DNA of 64,000 nt from Candidatus Eiseniibacteriota bacterium (GCA_963783375.1 CAWANH010000028.1:1344001-1408000), one strand, 5' to 3'; positions 1-9,139 are shown, counted from the stretch's first letter. Notes: generated by a model not told the origin, from the sequence alone. Numbers and translations: made by a program.

Positions 1-1806
1 GAAGCCGGTGGCCGGTCTCGTTGGTGACCCGGACGGTGATCCCGGCCGAGTCCGGGGTCACGTCGAGGGTGGCCGCGAGCTGGAGCATGTGGACGACCCG
101 CGCTTTCCCGGCCTGGAGGGCGGCCGGGTCCACCACGCCCGGGTAGAAGTCGGGGATGATGTCGGGGACGAAGGTGTTCCCCCCGGTGAAGTCGTGGAGC
201 CCCAGGTCGGTGCGGTTCGGGGAGCCGCTCACGTTGGACCCCCGCCCGGTGACGTCCCGCATGTGGCAGTCCTCACAGGTGGAGACGATCCCGTCCGGCT
301 TCCCGCCCGCGAACTGGGGCGCGTAGACCCCGGTGGCGGCGTACTCGCTGTTCGACCACTCGCTGAAGGTGCGCTCGACCGGCGCCATGTTCCGGAGGTT
401 TCCGTCCGGATGCTCCTGGTCGAAGCCGTTGGGAGAGTAGTCGAGGGTGTCGTTCCGGACGAACACCGGGTTGCTCACGTCGTGGCAGGTTCCGCACAGG
501 TTGCTCGAGAGATGGATCGGAGATTGCACGAACTCGTGAGCGGCCTGGGAGTCGGCGTAGGGGCCGCGTTTGAGCGGCGAGGGGTCGTTGATGAACTGCC
601 CGTTCCCGTACTGGAGGGGAAGCGGGGAGATCGCGGCCAGGACGGCCGCGTCCTGGGCGGGGCTCACCCCTTCCACGTAGTTCCGGTCCACGATGCGGTG
701 GCAGAAGTCGCACTGCACCCCCCAGCGGTCCCTGGCATTCAGGAGTCCGCCGCTCGTGTCCACGGACCGGCCCTCCTGCCAGCCTCCCGGGGAATGGCAG
801 CGGATGCAGAGGTCACCCGACGATGGCGCGTCCTGGTTTGCGACGGCCATGCAGGCGTAGAAGAAGGGATCGCGGGCGGCCTGACCCATCATGGATCCCC
901 GCCAGTTGTACCAGGGCTCCACCGTGGTGTCGTAGCCTCCGTGGCAGGTGACGCAGGAGTTGGAGGGGTCGTCCAGGACGGCCCCCTCGAAAGGCTGGGT
1001 CCCGGGCATTTCCATATCCCGGAGCGTGGTGGGAACGAGCCCCGGCGCCGCGGTCACGGTGAAGTCGACGTCGCTCACGTCGTCGCCTTCGTTCCCGGCG
1101 TTGTCGTAGGCCTCGACCTCGATCCGGCCCTGGGTGGTGGGCAGGTTCGGCACGAACCAGCTGAAGCTCCCCGTGGGGGGTTGGTTCTTCCCTACCGGTT
1201 TGAAGCTTCGCCCCGCGTCGTCCGAGAAATAGATGTCCACGTGGGAGATCCCGCTGGCGTCGTTGGCGGTGTAGCTGACCGTGATGATCGAGTTTGCCGC
1301 GTAGGATCCACCGCCGTCGGGGAAGGTCACGGTCACCGTGGGGGGGTCGTGTCGCTGGACCCCATCGGGGTGAGGTAGGGCTGGATCTCCGAGAGCAGGA
1401 TGTTCACCGTGCTCGTGGCATTGGTGCTCGTGAGCCCGGGAAAGGTCGGGGTGTTCGTGAACAGGGTGCTGGTGATCTCGGTCAGGTTGGTGTAGCCGTC
1501 GTTGTCGGAGTCTTCGTTTTCAACCGCCGCGATGGCCTGGTCGTTCGTGAGCCCGTTGTTGATCCCGACTTGTATCGCGAGACCGTAGGGATTCCGGGGT
1601 CCGCCGCCGTTGAAATCGAAATGGCAGACCCCGCAGTGGCGGGAGTTCGACGGAAGACCGTCGAGCTGGGTCCCCACCGCGTTGGGATAGCGGGCGAAGA
1701 AGGCCTTGCGGATGGGCGGCCGGGCCGAGGCGGGATAGGTGACGGAAATACTTACAAAAAGAATTGCAGGCAGGCAAAGCACGAACGGGATGGTCCTGGT
1801 CTGCAT
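1..1806 (-). CDS. Secreted multiheme c-type cytochrome (at least 6 CxxCH) with Ca-binding-like and Ig-like segments; frameshifted at 1340-1346; 3' end runs off the window
   Basis: ORF 1333-1806 gives a signal peptide, CGVCH (1621-1635) and DSDNDGYTN, then stops at ...DTTPPR*. One extra C in the C7 run gives DTTPPTVTVTFPDGG and an open frame to position 1 with CVTCH (941-955), CIRCH (794-808), CDFCH (698-712), CGTCH (482-496), CEDCH (263-277) and TNETGHRL. Confidence 0.85.
1340..1346. other. G7/C7 homopolymer at the frameshift junction
   Basis: The reading frame shifts by exactly one base across this run. Confidence 0.85.
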
Positions 1807-2137
1807 GGTGGCACCCCCGAAGATAGTGCAAACTGCCCGACGGCGGATCTCGTCGGTACTACTTATCCTAGGCCTCGAAAGGGTCGCGGCTGACTATTGA
1901 AACTGGATGGGAGATTTCGGCAAAAGAGATATGGATCGGTCCATTTCTTGGCGATAAAAACGATCAAGATATCCGTAGAATCGACTAACTGGTTGCCGGA
2001 ACGTTCGATCCGGCCGTCTGTGGTAGCATGTCCGAAGATCTGCCGGAATCGGGACCGTCCGGAACCGACGCCGGCGGGAACCGCCCGGATCGGTCGCTCA
2101 GCGCGTCTTTCCGGGCTCCGCGGGAAAGGGGAACCAC

Positions 2138-2377
2138 GTGAAGGTCAAGTTGGTCTACTGTTCGGCTTGAAACTACGAGCCCAAGGCCGTCAGTTTGGCG
2201 GCCGAAGTCCTGCCGGTCTTCAAGAAGGACATCGAGGAGCTGGTGCTGGTCCCGTCCGACGGCGGTCGCTTCGAACTCTTCGTGGACAATGAGCAGATCT
2301 ACTCGAAACTGGAGACCGGCCGATTCCCCGAGAATCGGGACGTGATCAAGAAGCTCGAGGCGCGATTGAAGAACTGA
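2138..2377 (+). CDS. SelW/SelT/SelH (Rdx-family) selenoprotein, 79 aa, Sec at UGA 2168-2170
   Basis: GTG start after a purine-rich RBS (AAGGGG). Reads MKVKLVYCSAU-NYEPKAVSLAAE...LVPSDGGRFELFVDNEQIYSKLETGRFP. CxxU and GGxFE...SK...RFP are Rdx hallmarks. In frame with track ORF 2195-2377. Confidence 0.92.
2185..2203 (+). promoter_or_regulatory. Candidate bacterial SECIS hairpin
   Basis: Stem-loop GGCCGTCA-GTT-TGGCGGCC with an apical-loop G 23 nt after the UGA, inside the usual bSECIS distance range. Confidence 0.7.
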
Positions 2378-2421
2378 CCGGATACGGGGATGTCCTGGGG
2401 GCCGAATCGAGGAGGTAGGGT

Positions 2422-3024
2422 ATGCGCGGGTTCTTTCGGGCGGCGGTCGGGGTTCTCCTGGCGGTCTCGGCGGCGGGTTGCGCCTCCAAGACGGTGAGCC
2501 GGGTGGACACCGACACCACCATCGATCTTTCGGGGAACTGGAACGACACGGATTCCCGGCTGGTGGCGGAGAAGATCATCGACCAGGCCCTCAGCGGTAC
2601 CTGGTACACCGATTACATGCAGGACGAAGGAAAGAAACCGACGGTCATCGTCGGCACCATCCGGAACAAGACCACCGAGCACATTCCGGTCACCACCTTC
2701 ATCGGGGACATCGAGCGGGCCTTCATCAACTCCAACAAGGTCCAGGTGGTGGCCACGGCGTCGGAGCGGGAGGAGATCCGCGACGAGCGGATGGACCAGG
2801 GGAAGTTCGCCTCGGACGAGACGATCAAGAAATTCGGCCTGGAGCATGGCGCCGACGACATGCTGATCGGCACCGTGTCCTCGGTCATCGATCAGGAGGG
2901 CGGCACCCAGGTTCGCTACTACCAGGTGGACATGACCCTGGTGGACATCGAAACCAACATCAAGATCTGGGCCGGACAGCAGAAGATCAAGAAGGTCGTC
3001 GGTCGCGGCAAGTACCAGCCGTAG
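2422..3024 (+). CDS. lpoB: LpoB-family penicillin-binding protein activator lipoprotein
   Basis: Lipobox AAGC, RBS GGAGG, motifs DLSGNWNDTD, IRNKTTEHI and YYQVDMTLVD...IWA. Confidence 0.8.
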   Translation: MRGFFRAAVGVLLAVSAAGCASKTVSRVDTDTTIDLSGNWNDTDSRLVAEKIIDQALSGTWYTDYMQDEGKKPTVIVGTIRNKTTEHIPVTTFIGDIERAFINSNKVQVVATASEREEIRDERMDQGKFASDETIKKFGLEHGADDMLIGTVSSVIDQEGGTQVRYYQVDMTLVDIETNIKIWAGQQKIKKVVGRGKYQP

Positions 3025-3048
3025 GCCGGCCGGTTACCAGGTGAACCG

Positions 3049-4413
3049 GTGACCTTGCGTTCGGCGTTCATCGCCGCAGTCATGCTCCTCACGACCGGTT
3101 GCGCGGGGGCGCGTCTCGACAACGCCGCCTTCCAGGCCGAGGTCGCCCGGGGCGACTACCTCACCGCCCTGAAGCAGCTCGAGGCCGCGAAGGGGAAGAA
3201 CGACGTCTCGTTCCTCCTGGACCGGGGGCTCCTGCTTCAGAGCCTGGGCCGGTACGAGGAGTCGAACGCCGTCTTCGAGAAGGCGGACGCGCTGATCGCC
3301 GACCTCTACACCCGGAGCCTGAGCAAGGCAGCGGCCTCGCTCCTGGTGAACGACCTCGCCCTGGACTACCGGGCTTCGGGCTACGAGGCCGCCTACATCT
3401 CCTACTATCGGGCCTGGAACTATCTCCAGCTGGGACGCGTCGACGACGTGCTGGTGGAGGCGCGGCGGATCAACGAGCACTTGAACTTCCGTTCCGCGTC
3501 CTGTCCGGACCGGAAGGGGGCGTGCGGGCACGACGTCTTCCTCCGGTACTTCAGCGGCCTTCTCTTCGAATGGGGGGGCGAGCTCAACGACGCCTACGTG
3601 GCCTACAAGCAGGCGGACCTGGCCCGGGCGTCTTCCGAGGAGCGATTCGGCGTACCGCCGCCTCCCGACCTGGGCTCCCGCCTCGTGCGGCTGGCCTGGA
3701 CCCTCGGGTTCAGCGACGAGGAGGAGGACTACGCTAACCAGTACGGGATAGACCCCGCCGCGGTACCCCGGTCGCCGTCATCGGTGGTGGTGATCTTCGA
3801 GAACGGGATGGTCGGCCGCCGCCAGGAGACCTCGGTCACCATCCCCATCCTGAAAGGTGAGACCCAGGAGATTGCGGGAGACCCCGACCGCTGGTCCCGT
3901 CGCCTGGCCGAACGGAGCCACGAGCACTACGAGGACGTGAAGCTCGACTACCTCCTGCGCGTGGCGCTTCCATCCTTCGTGGAGCGCCCGCCCGAGGCCC
4001 GGCGCGCGGAGTTCCGGCTGGGCCCCGTCACCCAGGACACCGAGACCGCGGAACCCTTGAGCGCCCGGGCCGCCGCCAGCCTCGACGAAGCCATGGGGGG
4101 GATCCTGGTGCGCGCGGTGAGCCGGGCCCTGGTCAAGTATCTGGCCAAGCGGACCGCGGACAAGGAGATCGGCGAGGGAGCCGGGCTACTCGTGAACCTC
4201 ATCGGCGCGGCCACCGAGGCCGCGGACACCCGCTCCTGGCGCTCCCTGCCCTATGAGATCCAGGTGGCGGCCTTCTCCGTTCCGCCGGGGGAATACCGCG
4301 GGGACCTCGTCCTGTTCGACTCGGGCGGCCGGACGCTGAATCAGCAGGAGTTCCCGGACGTCCGGGTGCCGGAGGCGGGGGTGGCGTTCGTCCGGTACCG
4401 GTCGGGGTGGTAG
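3049..4413 (+). CDS. COG3014-like TPR lipoprotein
   Basis: Lipobox TTGC, TPR-like N-terminus, DxLVEARR and ADTRSWRSLP motifs; follows lpoB. Confidence 0.75.
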   Translation: MTLRSAFIAAVMLLTTGCAGARLDNAAFQAEVARGDYLTALKQLEAAKGKNDVSFLLDRGLLLQSLGRYEESNAVFEKADALIADLYTRSLSKAAASLLVNDLALDYRASGYEAAYISYYRAWNYLQLGRVDDVLVEARRINEHLNFRSASCPDRKGACGHDVFLRYFSGLLFEWGGELNDAYVAYKQADLARASSEERFGVPPPPDLGSRLVRLAWTLGFSDEEEDYANQYGIDPAAVPRSPSSVVVIFENGMVGRRQETSVTIPILKGETQEIAGDPDRWSRRLAERSHEHYEDVKLDYLLRVALPSFVERPPEARRAEFRLGPVTQDTETAEPLSARAAASLDEAMGGILVRAVSRALVKYLAKRTADKEIGEGAGLLVNLIGAATEAADTRSWRSLPYEIQVAAFSVPPGEYRGDLVLFDSGGRTLNQQEFPDVRVPEAGVAFVRYRSGW

Positions 4414-4541
4414 GGGGGCGGGGTGTCGCGTGGGGTCCCCGGCGCAGGCCCGCGGTTCGCGGCGCGCCCGGCCCGGAGTCCCCGCTCGCCGGTCGGGCGG
4501 GGTGAGGCTCCCGGGACGGTAGCCCGCCCGGGAGCCTCCGC

Positions 4542-5477
4542 TCAGTCGTTCTCGCCCCAGCCTCCGTGGAGATGTCCGTTTCCGGCGGTGGGGGCGGTGG
4601 ACCGGATGTCGTCGTCCGGAAGCTCGGCCAGCACCGACTGCCAGTCGCCCCCCCGGTCTCCTTCGGGTTCCATCGCACTCGAGGCGTCGGCGCGAAGGCC
4701 CGCCCGCTCGTGGGAGTGGCGGGAGAGCAGCTCCTCGGCCAGCGACTGGAACGCCTTTCCCACCCGGCTCCGGGCGCCGGCGGCGACGGTGGGGCGGCCC
4801 TTCACGGTCTCTTCGGCCACCCGGATGCTCCGCGGGATCACCGTCTGCATCAGCTCACGCGGATAGTCCGCCGAGAGCCTCTGGATGACCTCGTTGGCAT
4901 GCCGGGTTCGGGTGTCGGCCATGGTGACCACGACCCCCTCCATGGCCAGCTCGGGATTGGCGCCCGCCCGCACTTCCTCGGCCAGATGGCGGAGGCGGGG
5001 GAGGGAGGCGAGGTTCATGGCCTCGGCCTGGACCGGCACCAGGTAGCGGTCGCAGGCGGCGAGGCTGGCCTGGGTCAGGGGTCCGAGGGCGGGGGGACAG
5101 TCCAGGAGCACGTAGTCGTAGTCGCTCTGGATGTCGGCGACGATCTCCCGCAGGGCCAGTGGATGGCGCTTCACCGCCTCGACGAACTCGAGTTCCTCCT
5201 GGTGCGACCAGACGTTGGCCGGGAGGAGTTCGAGCCCTTCACCCATGCCGCGTTCCACTGCGTCGGTCGCCGGGAGACCGGCGGTGAGGCAGCCGTAGAG
5301 CCCGTGGTGAAGGTCGAACCGATCGATTCCGAAGCATCCGATGAGGCTCCCCTGCGGATCCACCTCGATCAGCAGGGTCTTGAACGTCAACTCGGCGAAC
5401 GCGGAAGCGAGGTTGGCGGCGAGCGTGGTCTTCCCCACCCCGCCCTTTTGCGAAACGATGGCGATGCTCATCCCCAT
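4542..5477 (-). CDS. parA: ParA/Soj-family ATPase (no parB in window)
   Basis: Deviant Walker A QKGGVGKTT, EVDPQGS, DYVLLDCPP, IPRSIRVAE. Confidence 0.9.
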   Translation of the reverse strand: MGMSIAIVSQKGGVGKTTLAANLASAFAELTFKTLLIEVDPQGSLIGCFGIDRFDLHHGLYGCLTAGLPATDAVERGMGEGLELLPANVWSHQEELEFVEAVKRHPLALREIVADIQSDYDYVLLDCPPALGPLTQASLAACDRYLVPVQAEAMNLASLPRLRHLAEEVRAGANPELAMEGVVVTMADTRTRHANEVIQRLSADYPRELMQTVIPRSIRVAEETVKGRPTVAAGARSRVGKAFQSLAEELLSRHSHERAGLRADASSAMEPEGDRGGDWQSVLAELPDDDIRSTAPTAGNGHLHGGWGEND

Positions 5478-5523
5478 GGTAGCTACAGTCTCCCTCCTGA
5501 CCGGGCCCGGGGCGCACCAAGAG

Positions 5524-5565
5524 TGTGGAAAACTCCCTGCTTGGGTCCCGACGTGCTGTGGATAA
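5524..5565. promoter_or_regulatory. DnaA boxes (one perfect, one single-mismatch)
   Basis: TGTGGATAA at 5557-5565 (reverse complement of TTATCCACA) and TGTGGAAAA at 5524-5532. Confidence 0.65.
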
Positions 5566-5979
5566 CCTGATAAACCGGGGTTCGGGCGGAGGTTTGGAAT
5601 CCGCGCGCACCCGACACAGGTTGTTGATTACACAAGATGGCGCTCTGTTTGCAAAGGGCAAAATCGACTTCAGCTCGATTTCCCGCCGTTTCCGGTCACG
5701 CGGCCGTGTGTGGAGAGGCGGTGGATGGAGTGGGGAGAACGGTGGAGGAGTGAGCGGGTCCGGCAATCCCCGAGATCTCCCGGGTGCGCCGCGAAGGGAT
5801 TTCATCCCGGGGCCAACCGGTGGGAGAAGGAAGTGACCGATCATGCGCGACGTCGCCGGACCTCGCGGCCACGGGGCGCGGGGCGGCGCCACCGCTTGGC
5901 TCATGCCGGCCCGTGCCCGCGTTCCCCCGAGATCCCGACCGGCGCGCATCGGAGGGTGGGGAACCTGCCCGGCCGAGGC

Positions 5980-6006
5980 TGGACAATTCCTCCAAATCGG
6001 TAGAAT
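5980..6006 (+). promoter_or_regulatory. Putative sigma70 promoter of spoVG
   Basis: TGGACA-N15-TAGAAT; the spacer is short. Confidence 0.4.
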
Positions 6007-6060
6007 ATGGTCGGGTTACGCGCAGACCCATTCCTCGTCCAGACGCAAGGGGGCAGCGAG

Positions 6061-6438
6061 ATGGAAATTACCGAGGTCAAGGTCCGCCTGTGGAGCGACC
6101 AGCGGCTCCGCGCCCTGGTCACGGTCGTCTTCGACGACTCCTTCGTGGTTCGGAACATCAAGGTCATCGAAGGCCGGGACGGAAAGCTCTTCGTGGCCAT
6201 GCCCAGCCGCCGGATGTCGGACGGACGCTACGGCGACATCGCTCATCCCATCACCCGCGACTTTCGCCGGCAGATGGAGTCGAGCATCCTGGGGGCTTAC
6301 CTGGAAGAGTGCGAGCACGTTCGCCGAAGCCCGGAGTACGCGGGGAACCGAGCCCAGCGGGATCATCGCGAGTTCGACGAGTTCGACATGGACTCCGAGG
6401 ACGAGGGGCCATCCGACGAGTGGGCCCAGAGCCACTGA
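6061..6438 (+). CDS. spoVG: SpoVG-family nucleic-acid-binding protein with acidic C-terminal tail
   Basis: MEITEVKVRL...FVVRNIKVIEG...LFVAMPSRR...DIAHPI. Confidence 0.92.
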   Translation: MEITEVKVRLWSDQRLRALVTVVFDDSFVVRNIKVIEGRDGKLFVAMPSRRMSDGRYGDIAHPITRDFRRQMESSILGAYLEECEHVRRSPEYAGNRAQRDHREFDEFDMDSEDEGPSDEWAQSH

Positions 6439-6570
6439 CCCGGTCCCGCCTCGATCGCTCCCCTTCCGCGGCTCCCCGAACCTCCCCAGCTCCCCCCCCC
6501 GGATGAACCTCTGAAGCCCGGCGGCCAACGCGGTTTCCGCCCCGGTTCGCGGGCCGATGGCCACCCATGA

Positions 6571-7449
6571 CTAGAGGGGGCTCCGCGCCCCTGAAGGGAG
6601 ATTCCGCTCCCCCGGGCCCGGATACCGGGGGCCCCGTCCGAGGAGCGCCTGGGTGGTAGCCCGGTGGAGGCCGGCCCGGACCAACTCTTCGGCGAACCCC
6701 CGGCGAAGGTCCCTTGCAGTCCCCCGGGGCCAGAGCCCGCTCCGCCGGGCGGCCCGCTCCAGGGCCCGCTGGGCGGCCCGTGGGGTCAGGGGGGCCTCCC
6801 CTGCGCCGGGGAAGACCGGATCATCGGGCTTCCGGCGGGCCAGGTAGCGGCGGAGATCCGGGGCGAGCCGGGGGGAGAGCACGCTCAAGCGCTCCGGTCC
6901 GTGTTCCCTGCCCGCCACCCGCACCGTTCCGCGGGTCGGGTCCAGATCCTTCGCCCGGAGCGCGAGGGCCTCGGCCAGCCGCAGACCCGAGCCGAACAGG
7001 AGCCCGATCAGCAGGCGGTCCCGAACGGCGGGCGCGGCCCCGATCAGGGCCAGAACCTCGTTTCGGGTGAGAGGGGAGGCTTCGGGTGGGGGCCGTCCGT
7101 GCCTCCGGGAGAGGCTCTCGGCCAGGTCGGGGCGCTCCACGACGTCCCGAAACAGGAACCGGAGGATGCTTCGCGCCTGCTGGAGGGTGGCGGCGGAAAG
7201 GCCGTCCCGGCGGGCCAGGATCTCCAGATAGTCGCGGAGGTCGCGGGGACCGAGGGAACCGGGGTGTCGTCGCGAGGTCGTCGCCAGGTGGCGGATTCGC
7301 GTCAGGTAGATGGCGCGGGAGCGGGCGCAGAGGCCGCGGGCCGCCAGACGCTTCTCCGCCGAGGCGAGGAGCGCAGGAAGCCAGTGCCGGGTGGGGGGTT
7401 CCGGTCGGGAGTCGCCGGGATCGGAAATCGCGATGCGGGCGCGTTCCAT
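6571..7449 (-). CDS. Integron-like tyrosine recombinase homologue with degenerate catalytic motifs
   Basis: N-terminal SAM-like domain (LSAATLQQARSILRFLF), box I LLFGSGLRLAEALALRAKDLD and C-terminal RSPL are present. HxLRH is replaced by RDLRR and LLGH by LLGR, and there is no TTxIY. Confidence 0.75.
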   Translation of the reverse strand: MERARIAISDPGDSRPEPPTRHWLPALLASAEKRLAARGLCARSRAIYLTRIRHLATTSRRHPGSLGPRDLRDYLEILARRDGLSAATLQQARSILRFLFRDVVERPDLAESLSRRHGRPPPEASPLTRNEVLALIGAAPAVRDRLLIGLLFGSGLRLAEALALRAKDLDPTRGTVRVAGREHGPERLSVLSPRLAPDLRRYLARRKPDDPVFPGAGEAPLTPRAAQRALERAARRSGLWPRGTARDLRRGFAEELVRAGLHRATTQALLGRGPRYPGPGERNLPSGARSPL

Positions 7450-7563
7450 GGCCGAGGACCTCCTTCCACGGGGACGGGGAGTAGGGCTACGCCAGGAACG
7501 AGAAGCAGGATCCGGGCCGGTTGGGCGTGGAGCGATCGGGCGGCGAAGCCTCGGCGGGCGCGC

Positions 7564-8109
7564 TCAGCCGGCGGGGACGTGCTCCGGGGTGACCGGCGTG
7601 CCGAAGCGCGTCCCCAACGCCTTGAGGTAACCGTCCAGGGTGGAGTGGTAGTGGAAGAGGAAGCGGGCCAGGAAACGGAACACCGCGTTGTGAATCGTGC
7701 CACGCTCGGTGATGGTGAGCCGGGTGCCGCCCGGGGCCGGGGTCACCTCGTAGTCCCAGGAGCCGGAGAACGGGAGGTCGGGGGCGGCGATCCGGGTGGT
7801 CATCCGGCGGGGGGGATCGAGGGCGGTGACCTCGTAGGGAAGCTCGCCGGTGGGCCCGACCTCGAGCCAGACCGGATGCCCGTCCCGGTCGGGGAGGCGC
7901 TCCACGCGCACGAGGTCCGGCCGCCACGATGCGGCGTGCTCGAAGTCGCTCACCACCGCCCATACCGTGTCGGGGGAGGCTGGATAGAGCGCCCGGCTGG
8001 CCACGACGTGGGTGGCGGGAAGGAACGCCCCCACCGCGAACATGATGGCCAGGGCGAAGACGGGAAGGCCCAGGACGAGGAGGATCCCGCGCCGGGTGCG
8101 CCGGTTCAT
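7564..8109 (-). CDS. SRPBCC (polyketide cyclase/dehydrase-like) protein with N-terminal TM helix
   Basis: ASPDTVWAVVSDF...WRPD, FSGSWDYEV, TRLTITERG. Confidence 0.8.
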   Translation of the reverse strand: MNRRTRRGILLVLGLPVFALAIMFAVGAFLPATHVVASRALYPASPDTVWAVVSDFEHAASWRPDLVRVERLPDRDGHPVWLEVGPTGELPYEVTALDPPRRMTTRIAAPDLPFSGSWDYEVTPAPGGTRLTITERGTIHNAVFRFLARFLFHYHSTLDGYLKALGTRFGTPVTPEHVPAG

Positions 8110-8122
8110 CGTGCGGCTCCGC

Positions 8123-9139
8123 TCAATAGCCCATCTTCCCGATGTCCACCTTGCCCCGGAAGACCCAGTAGATCACCGCGGTGTAGGCGAGCACGAAGGG
8201 CATGCCGATGAAGGCGATGTTTCGCATGATGGCCAGGGTCTTGGCCGAGGAGGCCGCGTTGTAGATGGTGAGGCTCAGGCTCGGGTCGGTGCTGGAGACG
8301 ATGAGGTTCGGGTAGAGAGCGGCCCCGAAGAGGAAGATGAGGGCCGCGATGGTGGAAACCGACGAGAAGAACGCGTAGAACGGCCGCCCCTGGAAGATGG
8401 CCCGGGGGATGTTGGCGATGGCGAGTACGTTCAGCACCACCACCCCCCACATCCAGGGGTGGCTCCCGAAGTTCCGGTGGGCGTGGGGGAGGATCACCAG
8501 GGTGGCGATGGTCACGAAGAGGTAGGCGACCAGGAAGATACCGAAGGTGCGCCACATCCACCTCTGGACGCGTTGCTGGAGGTCCCCCTCGGTCTTCAGG
8601 TACAGGTAGATGCTCCCGTGCATGAGGAAGGTGGCCACGGCCAGGGCGCCCACCAGGACGGAGTAGGGGCGCACCAGATCGAGCAGGTTCCCATGGAACT
8701 CCATGTCCGCGCCGATGGGAAGCCCCATCATGGAGTCCCCCACCGCCACCCCGAAGAGGAGGGTGGCCAGGCCGCTGGCCCCGAAGAACGACCAGTCCCA
8801 GAACCTGCGCCATCCGGGGTGTCCCTGCTTGCTCCTGAACTCCATCGACACCGCCCGGAAGATGAGGGCGAAGAGGAGCACCATGAAGGGGAGGTAGAAC
8901 GCGGAGAAGGCGGTGGCGTAGGCATTGGGGAAGGCGGCGAAGAGCGCCCCCCCAAAGGTCACCAGCCACACCTCGTTCCCGTCCCACAGGGGGCCGATGG
9001 AGTTCATGAAGATGCGGCGCTCCTGATCGGTTCGAGCCAGGGGATGGAGCATGCCCACCCCCAGATCGAAGCCGTCGAGGACGGCGTACCCGGTGAGGAG
9101 CACCCCCAGAATGCCGAACCAGAGCAGATGCAGGTCCAC
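8123..9139 (-). CDS. cydB: Cytochrome bd ubiquinol oxidase subunit II
   Basis: YAVLDGFDLGVG, GPLWDGNEVWL, SLTIYNAASS, YWVFRGKV. Confidence 0.96.
   Translation of the reverse strand: MDLHLLWFGILGVLLTGYAVLDGFDLGVGMLHPLARTDQERRIFMNSIGPLWDGNEVWLVTFGGALFAAFPNAYATAFSAFYLPFMVLLFALIFRAVSMEFRSKQGHPGWRRFWDWSFFGASGLATLLFGVAVGDSMMGLPIGADMEFHGNLLDLVRPYSVLVGALAVATFLMHGSIYLYLKTEGDLQQRVQRWMWRTFGIFLVAYLFVTIATLVILPHAHRNFGSHPWMWGVVVLNVLAIANIPRAIFQGRPFYAFFSSVSTIAALIFLFGAALYPNLIVSSTDPSLSLTIYNAASSAKTLAIMRNIAFIGMPFVLAYTAVIYWVFRGKVDIGKMGY

Noticed and set aside
6458-6500. C-rich tract giving four G-runs on the minus strand (possible G-quadruplex)
   Set aside because: Expected by chance at this GC content; no further support.
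6439-8109. Integron cassette array beside the IntI-like gene
   Set aside because: No convincing attC (RYYYAAC...GTTRRRY) repeats; the neighbours are ordinary chromosomal genes and the integrase lacks catalytic residues.
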